Positions 1-14,242 of a stretch of DNA of 64,000 nucleotides are shown here, in pieces (positions within the stretch are counted from its first letter, which is position 1; each line of letters opens with the position of its first letter). Source of the stretch: the human T2T-CHM13v2.0 reference genome, Homo sapiens. A program made the translations under genes and the position numbers. The stretch lies in assembly GCF_009914755.1 (NCBI RefSeq), contig NC_060948.1; one strand, 5' to 3'. The notes beneath the pieces were generated by a model that was not told the DNA's origin, ran no database searches, and was given only the letters and a program-made list of their open reading frames with translations.

Positions 1-198
1 AATTTCAGCCACGTAAGAGTGCAATCTGTGGTTGTTTGGCATCACCATCTATTCCTAATCAGGAATTTACATATGCCACTGAGAAGCAATCATTTTCTTA
101 CACTAATTCACACATAAGTGTTTAAAACAGTAAAAAATATGACACAAGATTATACAGAGAGAAACAGTGTCTGGGTAACTGAACAGCATGGTAGCATA

Positions 199-521
199 CA
201 GTCATGGGCCTTGTTAATGACAGACAACATATATATACAACAGTGGTCCCACAGGACTATAATAATTGATTTTTACTGAGCTTTTCTATGTTTAGATATA
301 CAAACACCATTGTGTTATAATTAGTTATAGTATTCAGTACAGTAACATGCTACATAGGTTTGTAGCCTATGACCTAGAGGCTACACCATACAGCAAAGCT
401 GTGTAATAAGCTGCATCATTTGGGTTTCTGTAAGTACACCATATGATGTTGACACAATGATGCAACTGCCTAAAAACAAATTTGTCAGATTGCATTCCTG
501 TCATTGAGATGTATGAATGTA
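199..521 (+). mobile_element. Tigger3a/MER7A (Golem) non-autonomous DNA transposon nested in the Tigger4
   Basis: TA|CAGTCATG...GAATG|TA termini; internal tgtagccta...gtaagtacac motif of the MER7 consensus. Confidence 0.75.
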
Positions 522-630
522 CCTGTATCAGCTGATAAACTGCAACAACAAGAACAACAACAGAACAGCAGGTTTTCAGTCTCCACCTATGATGCTGTAT
601 TTTGATGAAAAATTTACTGTACACACTGCA

Positions 631-841
631 TTATTTATTTATTTATTATTATTTTTTTGATACGGGTTCTCACTCTGTCACCCAGGCTTGAGTGCTGTGG
701 CATGACCTAAGCTCACTGCAACCTCTGCCTCCAGGGTTCAAGCAATTATCCTGCCTCAGTCTCCTGAGTACCTAGGACTACAAGCACCCACCACCACACC
801 ACATTCATATGGGATTACAGGCATAAGCCACCATGCATGGC
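631..841 (-). mobile_element. Alu, old, with internal deletion
   Basis: Poly-T tail, then ctcactctgtcacccaggc...gggattacaggc. Confidence 0.9.
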
Positions 842-2627
842 ATGAATGGCTTGTTAAATGTTTCTGCAGAATTATCTGCCTGATTCACAATGGCTTTTGC
901 CTTGCATATCTCTTTCATTTTATAACCTGACATGATTTCTTGTTATGAATGCCTGCTGTCCTAGTCCTTCAATAAGTCCATCAGGCATTTTCATCACATT
1001 GTCTGTAGGCACCTTCCCTGCAGTCTTAAAAACATCACCTTCATTATCACTACTATCACAATCATCTTAATTCAACCAGACTATTCTGGCTATTTCACAA
1101 TTGTTAAAAGAACAACTAGGGCCTAATTATTAATGTTAAAGTCTTGATATATAATTCTTCTAGCTTTATTTTGTGTATTTAAGGAAGAGCGATGTCATTT
1201 TTTTCTTACTTGACATAGAAAATCCTTCAAAATTACCACCTTGTTTATCGTCATCACTGAACACGGTCACAGAGCATAGCTGTGCCAGACATTAAGACAA
1301 TATCTTTAGTCACTGCATTCCAAATACAGGCAATAGCATATACAGCATCATTCTTCATGCTAACTCCTTCTGAAGACCTGCCACACTCACATCTCTGTTC
1401 ATTCATGCCAGCATGCTATTCATGAAGAATTTTTATATTTAGTCTTTATTGATATAAAGATACCCTGCTCACATGGTTGAATTAATGAAGTCACATTTGG
1501 AGAAAAGGACATGGCAAAAAGATTATTTCTGAGTAAAATTTCAGCTGAAGGATGAGCAGAGCAGATGTCAACCAGTCCAGCTTCCTGCAATGAGTACAAG
1601 CAGCTAGTACAAAATATTTACGAAACCAATCAGAAAAGATGTTGCTGGTAATCCATGCCTTTCTGTTAGTATAATAATGAACTGGTAAGAAATTCACTCC
1701 CTGAACACAGTACACAAGCTTTTGCCTACCACATAAGTTCAGATTTATGCATGCTTGTCACATTAGCACATGTCAGCACAGTTATTTTTAAACCTCTGCA
1801 ACTAGCTTGTTGAATATTCAACCGTTCTCTTCAGTTTTCAGTTTACTGCGATAACAGCCACTTGTTTCATGAACACACTATTATTATGTGGCATGTATTC
1901 AATGCAACACTGACGGATCCCCTCTTTCAATACACAGTCAAAATCTACATTTTTAGCTTTACACAGTGTTTTCCTATTTCTCATTAACTTCAGTTCATCC
2001 TTTCCACACATAACTTCAATAGTTTATCCTTCTGTTTCTTCAAGTCACATTGGCGGTCATTCCAACGCTATATGCTCTTCTATAAATGTTTCACACATCA
2101 CAGTTCAGTTTCTCTGTTTGACTTTATGTGCTATAAACATAAATACTTCCTCTTTTTCTTACCATTTTTACCCATAAGGTTATCTGTAGGACTTTTCTGA
2201 TACAGTCTCTTTACATCACTAAGCAGACAACAAGCAAAAAACAGTGCATAGAGGTTTGGGCCCCATGTGGGGCATTGTGGAGATCCTGCCATTGGCACAT
2301 CCAGGCTACACAAGTGTCATTTTATTACCCTTTGTGGCCTTGCTTATCTGGGTTTATCTGGCATGGATGGAAAAGGTATGTAACAGCTGAAGGGACCTGA
2401 GAGTGTCTTCTTCCCTTGGGGATGGTGAATAAACTATGTTCTATGCACCTGCACTTGGACTAGGACACATCACATGAGGCTGGCTGTGAAATTTTTAAGT
2501 TTTCAATTTATGGGGCGCATTTTAAATTTTAGATTTTTGAGTTAGAAATGCTCAAATATTAAACAGTTCTCTTCAGTTTTCAGTTCACTGTGAAAATCTC
2601 CACTTGTTTCATGATGAGCACCCAATT

Positions 2628-3316
2628 TTCTTTTTATAGTTTGAGTTCTAGGGTACATGCGCACAACATGCAGGTTTGTTACGTATGTATACATGTGCCA
2701 TGTTGATGTGCTGCACCCATTAACTCGTCACTTACGTTAGATTTATCTCCTAATGCTATCCCTCCCCCCTCCCCCCACCCCACAACAGGCCCTGGTGTGT
2801 GATGTTCCCCTTCCTCTGTCCAAGTGTTCTCATTGTTCCCACCTATGAGTGAGAACATACGGTGTTTGGTTTTTTGTCCTTGCGATAGTTTGCTGAGAAT
2901 GATGGTTTCCAGCTTCATCCATGGCCCTACAAAGGACATGAACTCATCCTTTTTTATGGCTGCACAGTATTCCATGGTGTATACGTGACACATTTTCTTA
3001 ATCCAGTCTATCATTAATGGAGATTTGGGTTGGTTCCAAGTGTTTGCTATTGTGAATAGTGCCGCAATAAACATACATGTGCATGTGTCTTTATAGCTGC
3101 ATGATTTATAATCCTTTGGGTATATACCCAGTAATCGGATCACTGGGTCAAATGGTATTTCTAGTTCTAGATCCCTGAGGAATTGCCACACTGACTTCCA
3201 CAATGGTTGAACTAGTTTACAGTCCCACCAACAGTGTAAAAGTGTTCCTATTTCTCCACATCCTCTCTAGCACACGTTGTTTCCTGACTTTTTAATTATC
3301 GCCATTCTAACTGCTG
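2628..3316 (-). mobile_element. L1PA (young primate L1), 5'-truncated, ORF2 C-terminus plus 3'UTR
   Basis: ORF 2679-3203 [19 protein letters not shown]...; 15-bp TSD GATGAGCAC(C/A)CAATT at 2613-2627 and 3317-3331. Confidence 0.93.
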
Positions 3317-4156
3317 GATGAGCACACAATTATTACGTGGTATGTATTCACTGCAACACTGACAGATCCCCCTCTTTCAATATACAATAGAAATCTACAC
3401 GATTCTCAATATGTATTAAAAACAGTATTTTAAACTCAGAAAAGTCATCTAGCCATTACATTTTTAGGTTTTTAGACGTCACTAATTCTTTTTGCAGCAT
3501 GAAACAGGGAGATGGATTCCTGCAGTAAATTATAATTTTAGGTTGCCTTGGCATCCATTTTGAATATAAGCAGAACTTTTTCATATTAGAAGCAGGACTT
3601 AGTTGCCCTTGACACAGTTTCTAATTTCTCCCTCTTCCAGTTCCTCAATATAGTTAATCTAGATATCTGCCTTAAGCAATTGCCTCCTGGTTACCACTTC
3701 CCTGTGGAAGAGCTAGACACAACCCACTTGATTTACCGCACTAACCCTTACAACCTACAAGGATGACAAAGATATGCCACCACCATCACCTCAGTCACAC
3801 CCTGAACTCCTGTAACTTGCTCTAAACCCACCAATTAGAATCACCGAGGGAAACCTGCTTGGGTAATACCCTGAGTCCTAATAAAGGCTTTGGCCCATAG
3901 TTCCCTCACACTGTCTCCACTGGATTGAGCATCCCAGAGAGTTCCCCCTTTCCACATACCTGCAAGGCATGCTATCTCTTCTCTGTAATACACTACTTCT
4001 GTTATTTCATTTGTACTGTGGTGCACCACCCTCTGTCTCACCTGACTGTTAATCCAAACCAAACTCTCCTCCTGTCAAAACTCTCCTAGAGATGTCTGTC
4101 TTGGTAGGAATAAACTAGATCCTGGTTAAGTAAGAGCCACAAGGCTTCTGCCAGAA

Positions 4157-4745
4157 CAGATGCTCCATGGCTTAAGATGGGGTTATGTCCCAGTAAACCA
4201 TGATAAGTTGAAAGTGTGGCAATACATTTAATGCACCTAATCTACTGAGCATCATAGCTTAGCCAAGCCCACCTTAAGGATGATTAGGACATTTATTTAT
4301 TTATTTTATTTCATTCTATTTTTTAAGACAAGGTCTTGCTCTGTCAACCAGCTGGAGTGTAGTGGCACAATCATGGCTTCCTGCAGCCTTGACTTCCCAG
4401 ATTCAGGCTATCCTCCCACCTCAGCCTGCTGACTGACTGGGAACACAGGCAACAAGCCACCATGCCTGGCTAAGTAATTTTGGTAGAGACAGGGTTTCAC
4501 CATATTGCTCAGACTAAGGCACATTTGCATTAGCCTATAGTCAGGCAAAATCACTGAAAACAAAGCTTATTTTATAATAAAGTGCTGAAAATCTCATTTA
4601 ATTTACTGAATATTGTACTAAAAGTGAACAGCAGAATGGCTGTATGGGTAACTGAAGCTCACTGCTTCTGCTGAATACATACCACTTTCACACCTTCATA
4701 ATATCAGAAACTAGGAGTAATCATTGCTAGTGAGGAACTGTCTTT
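4157..4745 (+). mobile_element. MER47A (Tigger5-derived) DNA transposon
   Basis: CAGATGCTCC...GATGGGGTTA start and catcatagcttagcc match the recalled MER47 consensus. Confidence 0.8.
4292..4515 (-). mobile_element. AluJ-like element, truncated, inside MER47
   Basis: Poly-T tail plus agacaaggtcttgctctgtc. Confidence 0.88.
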
Positions 4746-4959
4746 ATAGATGGGTTTCCTCTGACAGGGGCATCTGGTGAGAAGGACATCTGATCACAAG
4801 CACTGGGCCATCCACCAAAATATAGCAGAATCCTTTCAAAAGCACACTGTATACGTTCATGGCCACCTGTCCTGGATTCCTTTCATGGCAAGGCTACAAT
4901 TTCTGGGCATTCTCTAGAGACCTCAAAACCAACTTAGATGTCAAGTACTCAAAGCTCAC

Positions 4960-6635
4960 AAAGACCAGAACTAGAGAATGCCAAAGAGAATATGGGCAAC
5001 ATTAAATAGCTATGGCAATCCTAAGCAAAAAGACAAAGTTGGAGGCATCATGTTACCCAATTTCAAGCTATATTACAGGGATACATTACCCAAAACAGCA
5101 TGGTACTGGTCCAAAAATAGATGTTTAGACCAATGGAACAGAATAGCGAGCCCAGAAATAAAGCCATACACCTATGGCCAACAAACCTTCAAAAAAGCTG
5201 TCAAAAACAAGGGGAAAAGACTCCCTAGTCAATAAATAGTGCAGGGATAACTGGCTAGCCATATGCAGAAGACTAAAACTGAACCCCTTCCTATTTATAG
5301 TTACAAAAGTCATAGATGATTAGACTCTAAATGTAACACACAAAACTATAAAAACCCTGAAAGACAGCTTAGGCAATACTTGGCTAGCCATATGCAGAAA
5401 GCTAAAACTGAACCCCTTCCAGCTTACAGTTACCAAAAGTCAAAGATGATTAAAGACTTTAAATGTAACGCACAAAACTATAAAAACCCTGAAAGACAGC
5501 TTAGGCAACACCATCCCGGACATAGGAATGGGCAAAAATTTCATGATAAATACACCAAAAGTAATCGCAACAAAAGCAAAATGTGACAAGGGGGATCAAA
5601 TTAAAGGTAAGAGCGTCTGCAGAGCAAAACAGAGTAAGCAAACCAAGCATAGTAAATTGACAATCTACAGAATGGAATAAACTATTTTCAAAGTATGCAT
5701 CTGACAAAGGTCTCCATAAGGAACTTAAATTTACAAGACAAAAACAACCCCATTAGAAAGTGGGCAAAGGACATAAAGTAACATTTTTCAAAAGACATAT
5801 ATGCAGCCAACAAGCATAGAGAAAAAAAAGTTCAGTATCACTGATTATTAGAGAAAAGCAAATCAAAATCACAATGAGATACCACCTCACACCAATCAGA
5901 ATGGCTACTATTAAAAAGTCAAAAAATAGCAGGTGCTGGCAAAGTTGCTGAGAAAAGAGAATACTTACACACCCTTGGTGGGAGTGTAAATAAATTAGTT
6001 CAACCATTGTGGAAAGCAGTATAACAATTCCTCAAAGAGCTAAACCCATGCAGAACTACCATTTGATTCAGCAATCCCATTATTGGGTATATACCCCCAG
6101 AGTATATTCTCACTATATTATATAAGTAGTATAAATGATGATTTATAGTATTAATCATTGTACCACAAAGACAAATGCATATGAATGTTCACTGCAGCAC
6201 TATGCACAATAGCAAACACATGGCATGTGAATGTTCACTGCAGCACTATGCACAACAACAAACACATGGAATCAACCTAAATGCCCAGCAATTAAAGAGT
6301 AAATAAAGAAAATGTGGTACATATACACCATGGAACATTAAGCAGCCATAAAAAGGAATAAGATCACGTCTCTTGCAGGAACATGGATGGAGCTGGAAGC
6401 TATTATCCTTACCAAACTAAAACAGGAACAGAAAATCAAATACTGCAAGAGACACTGGGATCTACTTGAGAGTGGAGGGTAGGAGGAGGGAGAGGAGCAG
6501 AAAAGATAACTATTGGGTACCAGGCTTAATACCTGGCTGATAAAATGATCTGAAGAACAAGCCCTAGTGACATGAGTTTACCTATGTAACAAAGTTTCAC
6601 ATGTGCCCCCAAATCTAAAAGTTTTAAAAAGAGAG
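4960..6635 (+). mobile_element. L1 ORF2 3' end plus 3'UTR (old L1PA/L1PB type)
   Basis: ORF2 relic [18 protein letters not shown]...DQWNRI; 3'UTR and A-rich end. Confidence 0.88.
5252..5509 (+). repeat. 129-bp tandem duplication inside the L1
   Basis: tggctagccatatgcagaa...gacagcttaggcaa begins at both 5252 and 5381. Confidence 0.92.
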
Positions 6636-7049
6636 AAAGAGCAACATATCAACTGTGTCTACTATAATTTTTTTTAATAGAAATGCTATTATATTCTACC
6701 TAGGAAACAACAGTAGTTCAATAAGTGTCACTATTTCAACTCTTGATCGATTAATTCATAACATAAAAAGATGTTGGTGTGAGGAATATAAAATATAAAC
6801 AAACAGGAAATATGCATGCTCATAAACAAATGAAAATTATTATAACAACATATTTGTCACAAAATGTCAACCATTTAAATTAGACTTTTGCTTGCCAAAA
6901 TGTTATATGCCTAGAACATTTTCTATTTCTTCCTAATTCATCTTCCAAACTTCTTATTCAAGTATAACTAAAGTATTTTCAAACATCCACTGAGATTTAT
7001 TACAATTTGCTTAATATTTTTCTTAAAAACAGCTCATACTATATACCTT

Positions 7050-8820
7050 ATTTTACAAAAAACTTCAACCCTCGCCATGAGAAATAGAAACTGAGCATAA
7101 GTAGAAGACAGTATGAAAACACAATAAAATGAACACATCAAAATCCAACTAGCTTCATTTGCCTAGAAGTGATTTCAAGAAATAATAAAAACAAAGTTCA
7201 ATAAAGAAGGACACTAAAAGACAGGTACTAAAAGACTTCTTGGTTTTCCCAAAAAAACTGAAAGGGGAAAAAAGAATCATTAAAGAGAAGTTGAATAATG
7301 TATATCAATTAAGAAAGATAGTATCTCTGAATGAAAAGTAAAAACAACTGATATAAACTCCGTAATGGCAATATCAATGACACAAGATAAAGCAGGTAAA
7401 ACCATGGAGACTGCTTGGATGAAGAACTAGATCTGTGAGTGTAAGGAAACCAACATAACTAATCAAGAGATCTTGAGACAGAATTCTAAAAAGTAGAGAG
7501 CTACAAAGGCAGCTTCAGAGATCTGAAGTGGTTTAAACTCTTCTTAAGAAAATTACCAATATCAGGGAAAAAGCTATTGAAAGAACCAGAGAGAACAATG
7601 TCTACAAAACCAAGATCCATAACTACTATCATCAAACAGACTGGAAAAATATGCACATAGAGAGCAGTGAATTAAAGATCTCACCTAAGTGTTTGGGAAT
7701 TACCAGTATGAGGACTGAGTACTCTTCAGGACCCATCTCAAAATTCTTAAGATAAAACCAGAAGCAGGACTGCATACAGACATTGGGACTCAAAGAATGA
7801 CAATATGGCAAGTGCCCGTTTTTCCTTGTTGCCTTCTATATGTTACAGACAGGGTATTGCTGAAGGCTCCAACCCAGGCCACTAAAAAAATCCTATTACT
7901 CCTAGCCAAAACACCAGGAAAAGAATGGCATAGAAACTGAAAACTTATCCACAACACTGCCAGAAACCACAGGGTAAAAAAAGTACAGTTGCATTCTCCT
8001 ACACTCCACCACGCACAGACATAATACGGCTGCAATAGGGCTAAAAAGGAAACTGATATTCTTATCCCAATTACCACTAGGAAGCAGACTGCATACCACA
8101 ATTTCCCAGCAGAGCAGTGTCAGCAGAACAAGCCAAAAGCTTATCTTCCATCCTTTGCTGGCAAAGGGAACTGGTACTCCGGATTCTTCTGGAGTATCAA
8201 CAAAGAGATGAGTAAATCTTTCATTCTCTACAAAGTAGAAGCAGATTATGGCACAAAGATTCCACTACAGGGTATTTTAGGCAAGGCCGAACCAAAAGCT
8301 GACGTACTACCCCTTTGTCATTTGAACCAGGCAGTGCTCCAATTTTTCTAACCAGATGGTGTCAGTAAATAATGAAATTGGAGTTAATTGTATATCTCCA
8401 TCTAGTGAAAGTAGGCAGTACTCCATTTCACCCAGCAGGATATTATAAAGAGGGCCCTGTGGAGAGATAAGCTTTATTTATGTGGGAGAAAAGAACAGGG
8501 GCACTGAAGTTATTTGGAAGTTTGCAACCTCTTTTTTTATACCTGTTAGCAAGGCCCAACAGGAAGTTGTGTCACTACATACTACTAGCATCAACCAGGC
8601 AGAATTGGGCAGACCATAGTTGGCATTCTGATTGCCCCAACCTTCCCTTCCATCAGAAGAGCCCAGAAGGGAACTCACCTCAGTTACTACATCCTCATGC
8701 TCTAAAAGATAACAATGTCCAGCTTTCACCTAACCCTAAAGAGAGTATCAACAAACTCCACTAGAAACTTCACTATGCACATTCACCCACTTACACAAGA
8801 AGGCCTGCTTTAAAAATATA
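7050..8820 (+). mobile_element. Ancient L1M fragments (ORF1 and 5'UTR-like degenerate ~60-bp repeats)
   Basis: A-rich ORF1-like sequence and periodic degenerate motifs at 8100-8650. Confidence 0.45.
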
Positions 8821-8830
8821 GAGAGAGAAT

Positions 8831-9435
<605 letters not shown>

Positions 9436-9889
9436 AGAGAGAGACAAGAGGACTGCCTAGGCCCAGGAGTTCAAGAGCAGCCTAGGCAATGTACTAAGAC
9501 CTTGTCTCTAAAAACATAGGAAAAGCTAACAAAAAGAAAACTATGTTCCAGACATCAAAGTGAAAAACAAATTCATGAAATTATAGACTATCAAAAGTAA
9601 TATTATTCCAATGTACTTAAAGAAAACCCAGTATTCAGTGGATGAAAAGACAAAAAACAAACAGGGAGAAAGTAGTCACAAACCACATATCCCACGAAGT
9701 ACTAGTAAATAGAATCAATAAAGAACTCTCAAAACTCAGCAGTTTCAAAACAATTCATTAGAATTTAGGCAAAACACAGACACATATACACATTATCAAA
9801 AAATGCACTAAAGAGGCAAATAAGCACATGAAAAGATGTTTAATATCATTAGTCACAAATAAAATGCTAATTAAAACCACATTCTGCAA

Positions 9890-12540
9890 CTGGCAAGGAA
9901 AATCATTGTTTTAGACTGTGCTCTCCTCTCTCCCAAGCAAGCATAAATACTCTCAGAAAACTTCCCCAGAACCACAGTTTCGAAGGTGAGAGGAGGAAAG
10001 TGGATGTAAACATTCTACATCCTCTACCATCTCAGAATCTTCACAGAAAACACACTTTGGTCCTATCCCACAAGAACTACTAGGAATGCCAGAAAGCCTG
10101 ACCCACCTGGAGTGAACTGGGGACAGACAACAGATTGTGGACCACACTGACTGGTGAAAGAATCCTGGTGAATACTTTGAACTACAAACAGAAGGAGAAA
10201 CACATTAAAGAGACCAGTTGGCACCAAGGTACTACAAGGGGCACAATATGCAGTAAGGTCCAAATTTCTGTTGAGATTTTCCACAGGGCCTCGATATCCA
10301 AAGCAGTCTTTCCCTCGTCTGGAAATGAGCAAAAGGTCAGCATTAAGTTCCAGTAACTATTTAAGTCTTCCCCAGAAGGGGAACATAACAGAGTAGCAAT
10401 TTAGTTTTGCAGCAGCATTTAATATTTTGTGTTCACTGTAAGTTCCCCAAACTAGGAACCACCTACCTACAGGGCAATGAGTTTGTTCCTGTCCAATGTT
10501 TTAGTTCTGGTGGTCACTATGAGTCTTCTCCAAAATGGGAAAAGAAAACAGTCCAGTGTTTATTTGCAATACTAAGTAGTAAAGGTCTAAACCACCAAAG
10601 AACACTTGCAAAAACTGGAAGAGGAGGCTATTTCCTCAAAGGTGCAGCATCTACATAAAGTCACAACGATTGCAGAAACTGAAGGAAACAGATACAACCA
10701 AAAGAAACCAACAATGCTCCAGCAATGTACCCAAAAGAAGTGAAGATCTATAAGATGTCAGATGGAGAATTCAGAATAACCCTCCTGAGGTTCAGATAAT
10801 CACAAGAAAACAGAGAAAGAAAAGTAAATGAAACCTGGACAACAAGCCAGGAAAAAAAAATAAGAAAATTGACACGAATAAATAAAAAAACAAACCAAAC
10901 AGAAATACTAAAAATAAAGAATGCAATAACTGAACAGAAAAAAAAATCAGACACTTTCAAAAGCAGACTTTGAAAAATGAAGGAAGAATTACCAAGCATC
11001 AAGAAAGACCATGTGAAATTACACAAAGGTGCAAAAATAGAGGGCTTACAAGAATTATGGGTAATTATCACATAAAAAAAGCCTCCACATAATAAACATT
11101 CCTGAAAGAGACAGGCCTAGGATGTGTATTTAGGAAAATAATTTCATAATGCTAGAGAAACATGGCACCACCAAGTAAAGAAGCTCAGCAGTAACCAAAT
11201 AAATTCGATCCAAAAACAAAATACACAAGGCACATCAATATCGAATTATCAAAACTCAAAACAAAGCAAAATAATACTCGAAGTGAAGGGAAAAAAGAAA
11301 TATCGCATTCAATAGAGCCCCAATATAACTTTAAGCAAATTTCCCAGCAGAAATCCTGCAGGTTTCTGCAGTAGAGTGAGATGCTATACTCAAAGAGCTT
11401 TGAAAACAACTGCCAACCACAAATACTGTATTCAAAAGGTATCTTTCAAACACGAAAGAAAGAAAAGTCTATCCCAGAAAAACAAAAGCTGAGGAAATTC
11501 AAATACCAAAACTGTCTTAAATGCTTAAAAAAAAAAAGTCTTCAACTTGAAAGAAAAGGAGAGTAATGTGTAAAAGAAAATATCTGAAGGTATTCAGCTC
11601 ATTGGCTTAAAAAAAGGACAAATTCAGAAAAGTCGAACACTGTAATTGCGGTAAATAAACCATTTATCTCAGTATGGACACTAAAATGGAATCAAAACTA
11701 TTGAAAACAATGACAGCTACAACAAGTGAAGTGGCGATATTAAAAGATTAAACTGTAATGTCCAAGATTCAAAATGTGGAGGGCAGGAATATTAAACTGT
11801 AGTTTTTGTAACTTGCCATTTCTTTGCAATCACATAAACTGTTAAAATTACCAAATTTTTTCTGTAAACCTCCTGGCAATCACACAGCAAAAAGCTGTAC
11901 ATGGACACTACAATCAATACTGCAAAATCAAAACATTCTACTAGAGAAAAATCACTTAATTACAAAGGAAGACAGTAAGAGAGAAAAACACAAACGATCT
12001 ACAAAACAACCAGGGAACAAATAATAAAATTGCCTCAAGTTAACCTTTGCCTATCAATAAGAATGCTGACTGTTAAGTTTTTTAAATTATCTAATTAAAA
12101 GACATAGTGGCTGAACAGATTTTTTAAAACACTGAACAATATGCTGTCTACAAGAAACTCACTTCACCTATAAAGATACTCACAGACTGAAACAAAAATA
12201 TAAAAAGACACTCCACAAAAATGGAAAACAAGGAGGCAAGAGTAGCTTTACTTATATTAGGTAAAACACACTTAAAGTCAAGAGTGGGAAAGAAATGTAA
12301 AAAAGGACATTACACAATGACAAGGGTAACAATAAAGCAAGAGAATATAACAATTACGAATATATATGCACCCCAAACTGGAGCACTCAGATTTATGCAA
12401 CAAGTATTAACAGACCTAAAGAGAAAGATCGACTGCCACACAATCATGATTTTCAGCAATGGATAGATCATTCAAACAGAAAATAAAGAAACATCACAGG
12501 TAAACTGCTCTCTAAACCAAACAGACCTTCTGTAACAGTA
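9890..12540 (+). mobile_element. Old L1: 5'UTR, ORF1, inter-ORF and ORF2 endonuclease relic
   Basis: ORF1 relic ENNCQPQILY; endonuclease relic KGHYTMT..IKQENITITNIYAPQTGALRF (12221-12466). Confidence 0.82.
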
Positions 12541-14242
12541 TATAAGCCTTTCCTTTTTTAACATGTACTTACCAGCATATTTTGCTTTTTGACTTTTTGA
12601 TAATGGCCCTTCTGACTTGGGAAGATGGTATCTTATTGTGGTTTTGATGTGCATTTACCTGATGATTAGTGATGCTGAACATTTTTTCATGTTTCTTGGC
12701 TGCTTACATGTCTTTTTGGAAAATGCCTGTTCATACCCTTTGCCCAAATTTTTATGGGGTTGTATTTTACTTATTGCAATATTTAAGTTCCTTGTAGATC
12801 TCGGGTATTAGCTCATTGTCTGATGCATCGTTTGCAAGTATGTTTTCTCATTCTGTCGGTTGTCTGTTTACTAATTATTTCCTTCGATGTGCAGAAGCTT
12901 TGGATTCTAGTTAAGTCCTGTTTCTCTACGTTTGGTTTTGGTGCATTTGCACTTGCTCATAAATTATTTGTCAGTACAATCTTCAGAAGAGTTTGTCCTA
13001 AGTTTTCTTCTATAATTTTTATAGATACAAGTCTTAGGTTTAGGTCTTTACTTATGTTAATTTTGGTACATGGTGAAAGGTATGGGTACAATTTCACTCC
13101 TCTGTATGTGGCTATCCAATTTTCCCAACACTATTTATTGAATAGGGTGTCATCTTCACAAAGCATACTTTTGTTGACCTTGTCTAATAACAGCTGGTTT
13201 GTAGGTATGTAGTTTTATTCTCGGATTCTTGATTCTGTTCCAGCAACCTAATGTGTCTATTTTTATATAAATACCATGATATTTTGGTTACTGTAGGCTT
13301 AAGGTGTAATTTGAAGTCAGGTAATACGATACCTCCAGCTTTGTTCTTTTTGCTTAGAATTGCTTTGGCTATTTAGGCTTGTTTGATTTCATAATGAATT
13401 TTAAGACTGTTTCTCATTCTGTGAAAAAATAACATGGATAATCTGATAGGGATTGTGTTGAATCTGAAGCCTACTTTGGGCAGTTAGTCATTTTAACAAT
13501 ATTTATTCTTCTAATGCAGGATCATGGGATGTTCTTCCACTTGTTTGTGTCATCTTCTTTCACCAGCATTTCATAGTTCTCCTTACAGAGATCTTTCACC
13601 TCGTTGGTTAAATATATTCCTATATATTTTTTTGTAGCTATTGCAAATGGCAATGCCTTCTTGATTTGATCCTTGGCTAGATCACTACTGTTACACAGAA
13701 ATGCTACTGAATTTTGTTTATTAATTCTGTATCCTGCAACTTTATTGAATGCATTTATCAAATCTAAGAGTTTTTAATTTTCAGAATTTTCTGTACATAA
13801 GAGCGTATCACCAGCAAATCAGGATAATTTCACTTCCTCTTTTCCAATTTGTATATCTTTATTTCTTTTTCTCTTGCATGACTGCTCTGGCACAGACTTC
13901 CAGAACTATTTTAAATAACAGTAGTGAAAGTTGGATCTTTGGTTTGGCCAAACTCCTGGGGAAATGCTTTCAATTCTTTCTCAATAAGTAGGATGTTGGC
14001 TGCGAGTCTGTCATATTCAGCCTTTATTGTGGGTTGAGGTATGTTCCTTCATGTCTAGTTATTAAGGATTTTTAAAATAAAGGGATGCTGAATTTCATTG
14101 AGGGCTTTTTCTACATTTACTGAGAAAATCAAGTTTTTGTCCTTGATTCTGCTTGCATGTGATATATCATACTTACTGACTTGTGTATGGTAAACCATCC
14201 TTGGTTCCCTAGGGTAAATCCCACCTGATCACCATTTATAAT

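Larger units (their letters stand above)
1..2559 (-). mobile_element. Tigger4/Zombi-like pogo DNA transposon, degenerate, interrupted by MER7 and an Alu
   Basis: Transposase relic LPVHYYTNRKAWITSNIFSDWF (1491-1715); Zombi-like terminus at about 2510-2559. Confidence 0.7.
3520..4940 (+). mobile_element. Old ERV LTR-like relic (family uncertain), split by MER47
   Basis: LTR-like composition with AATAAA at about 3880; similar sequence resumes after the MER47. Confidence 0.4.
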
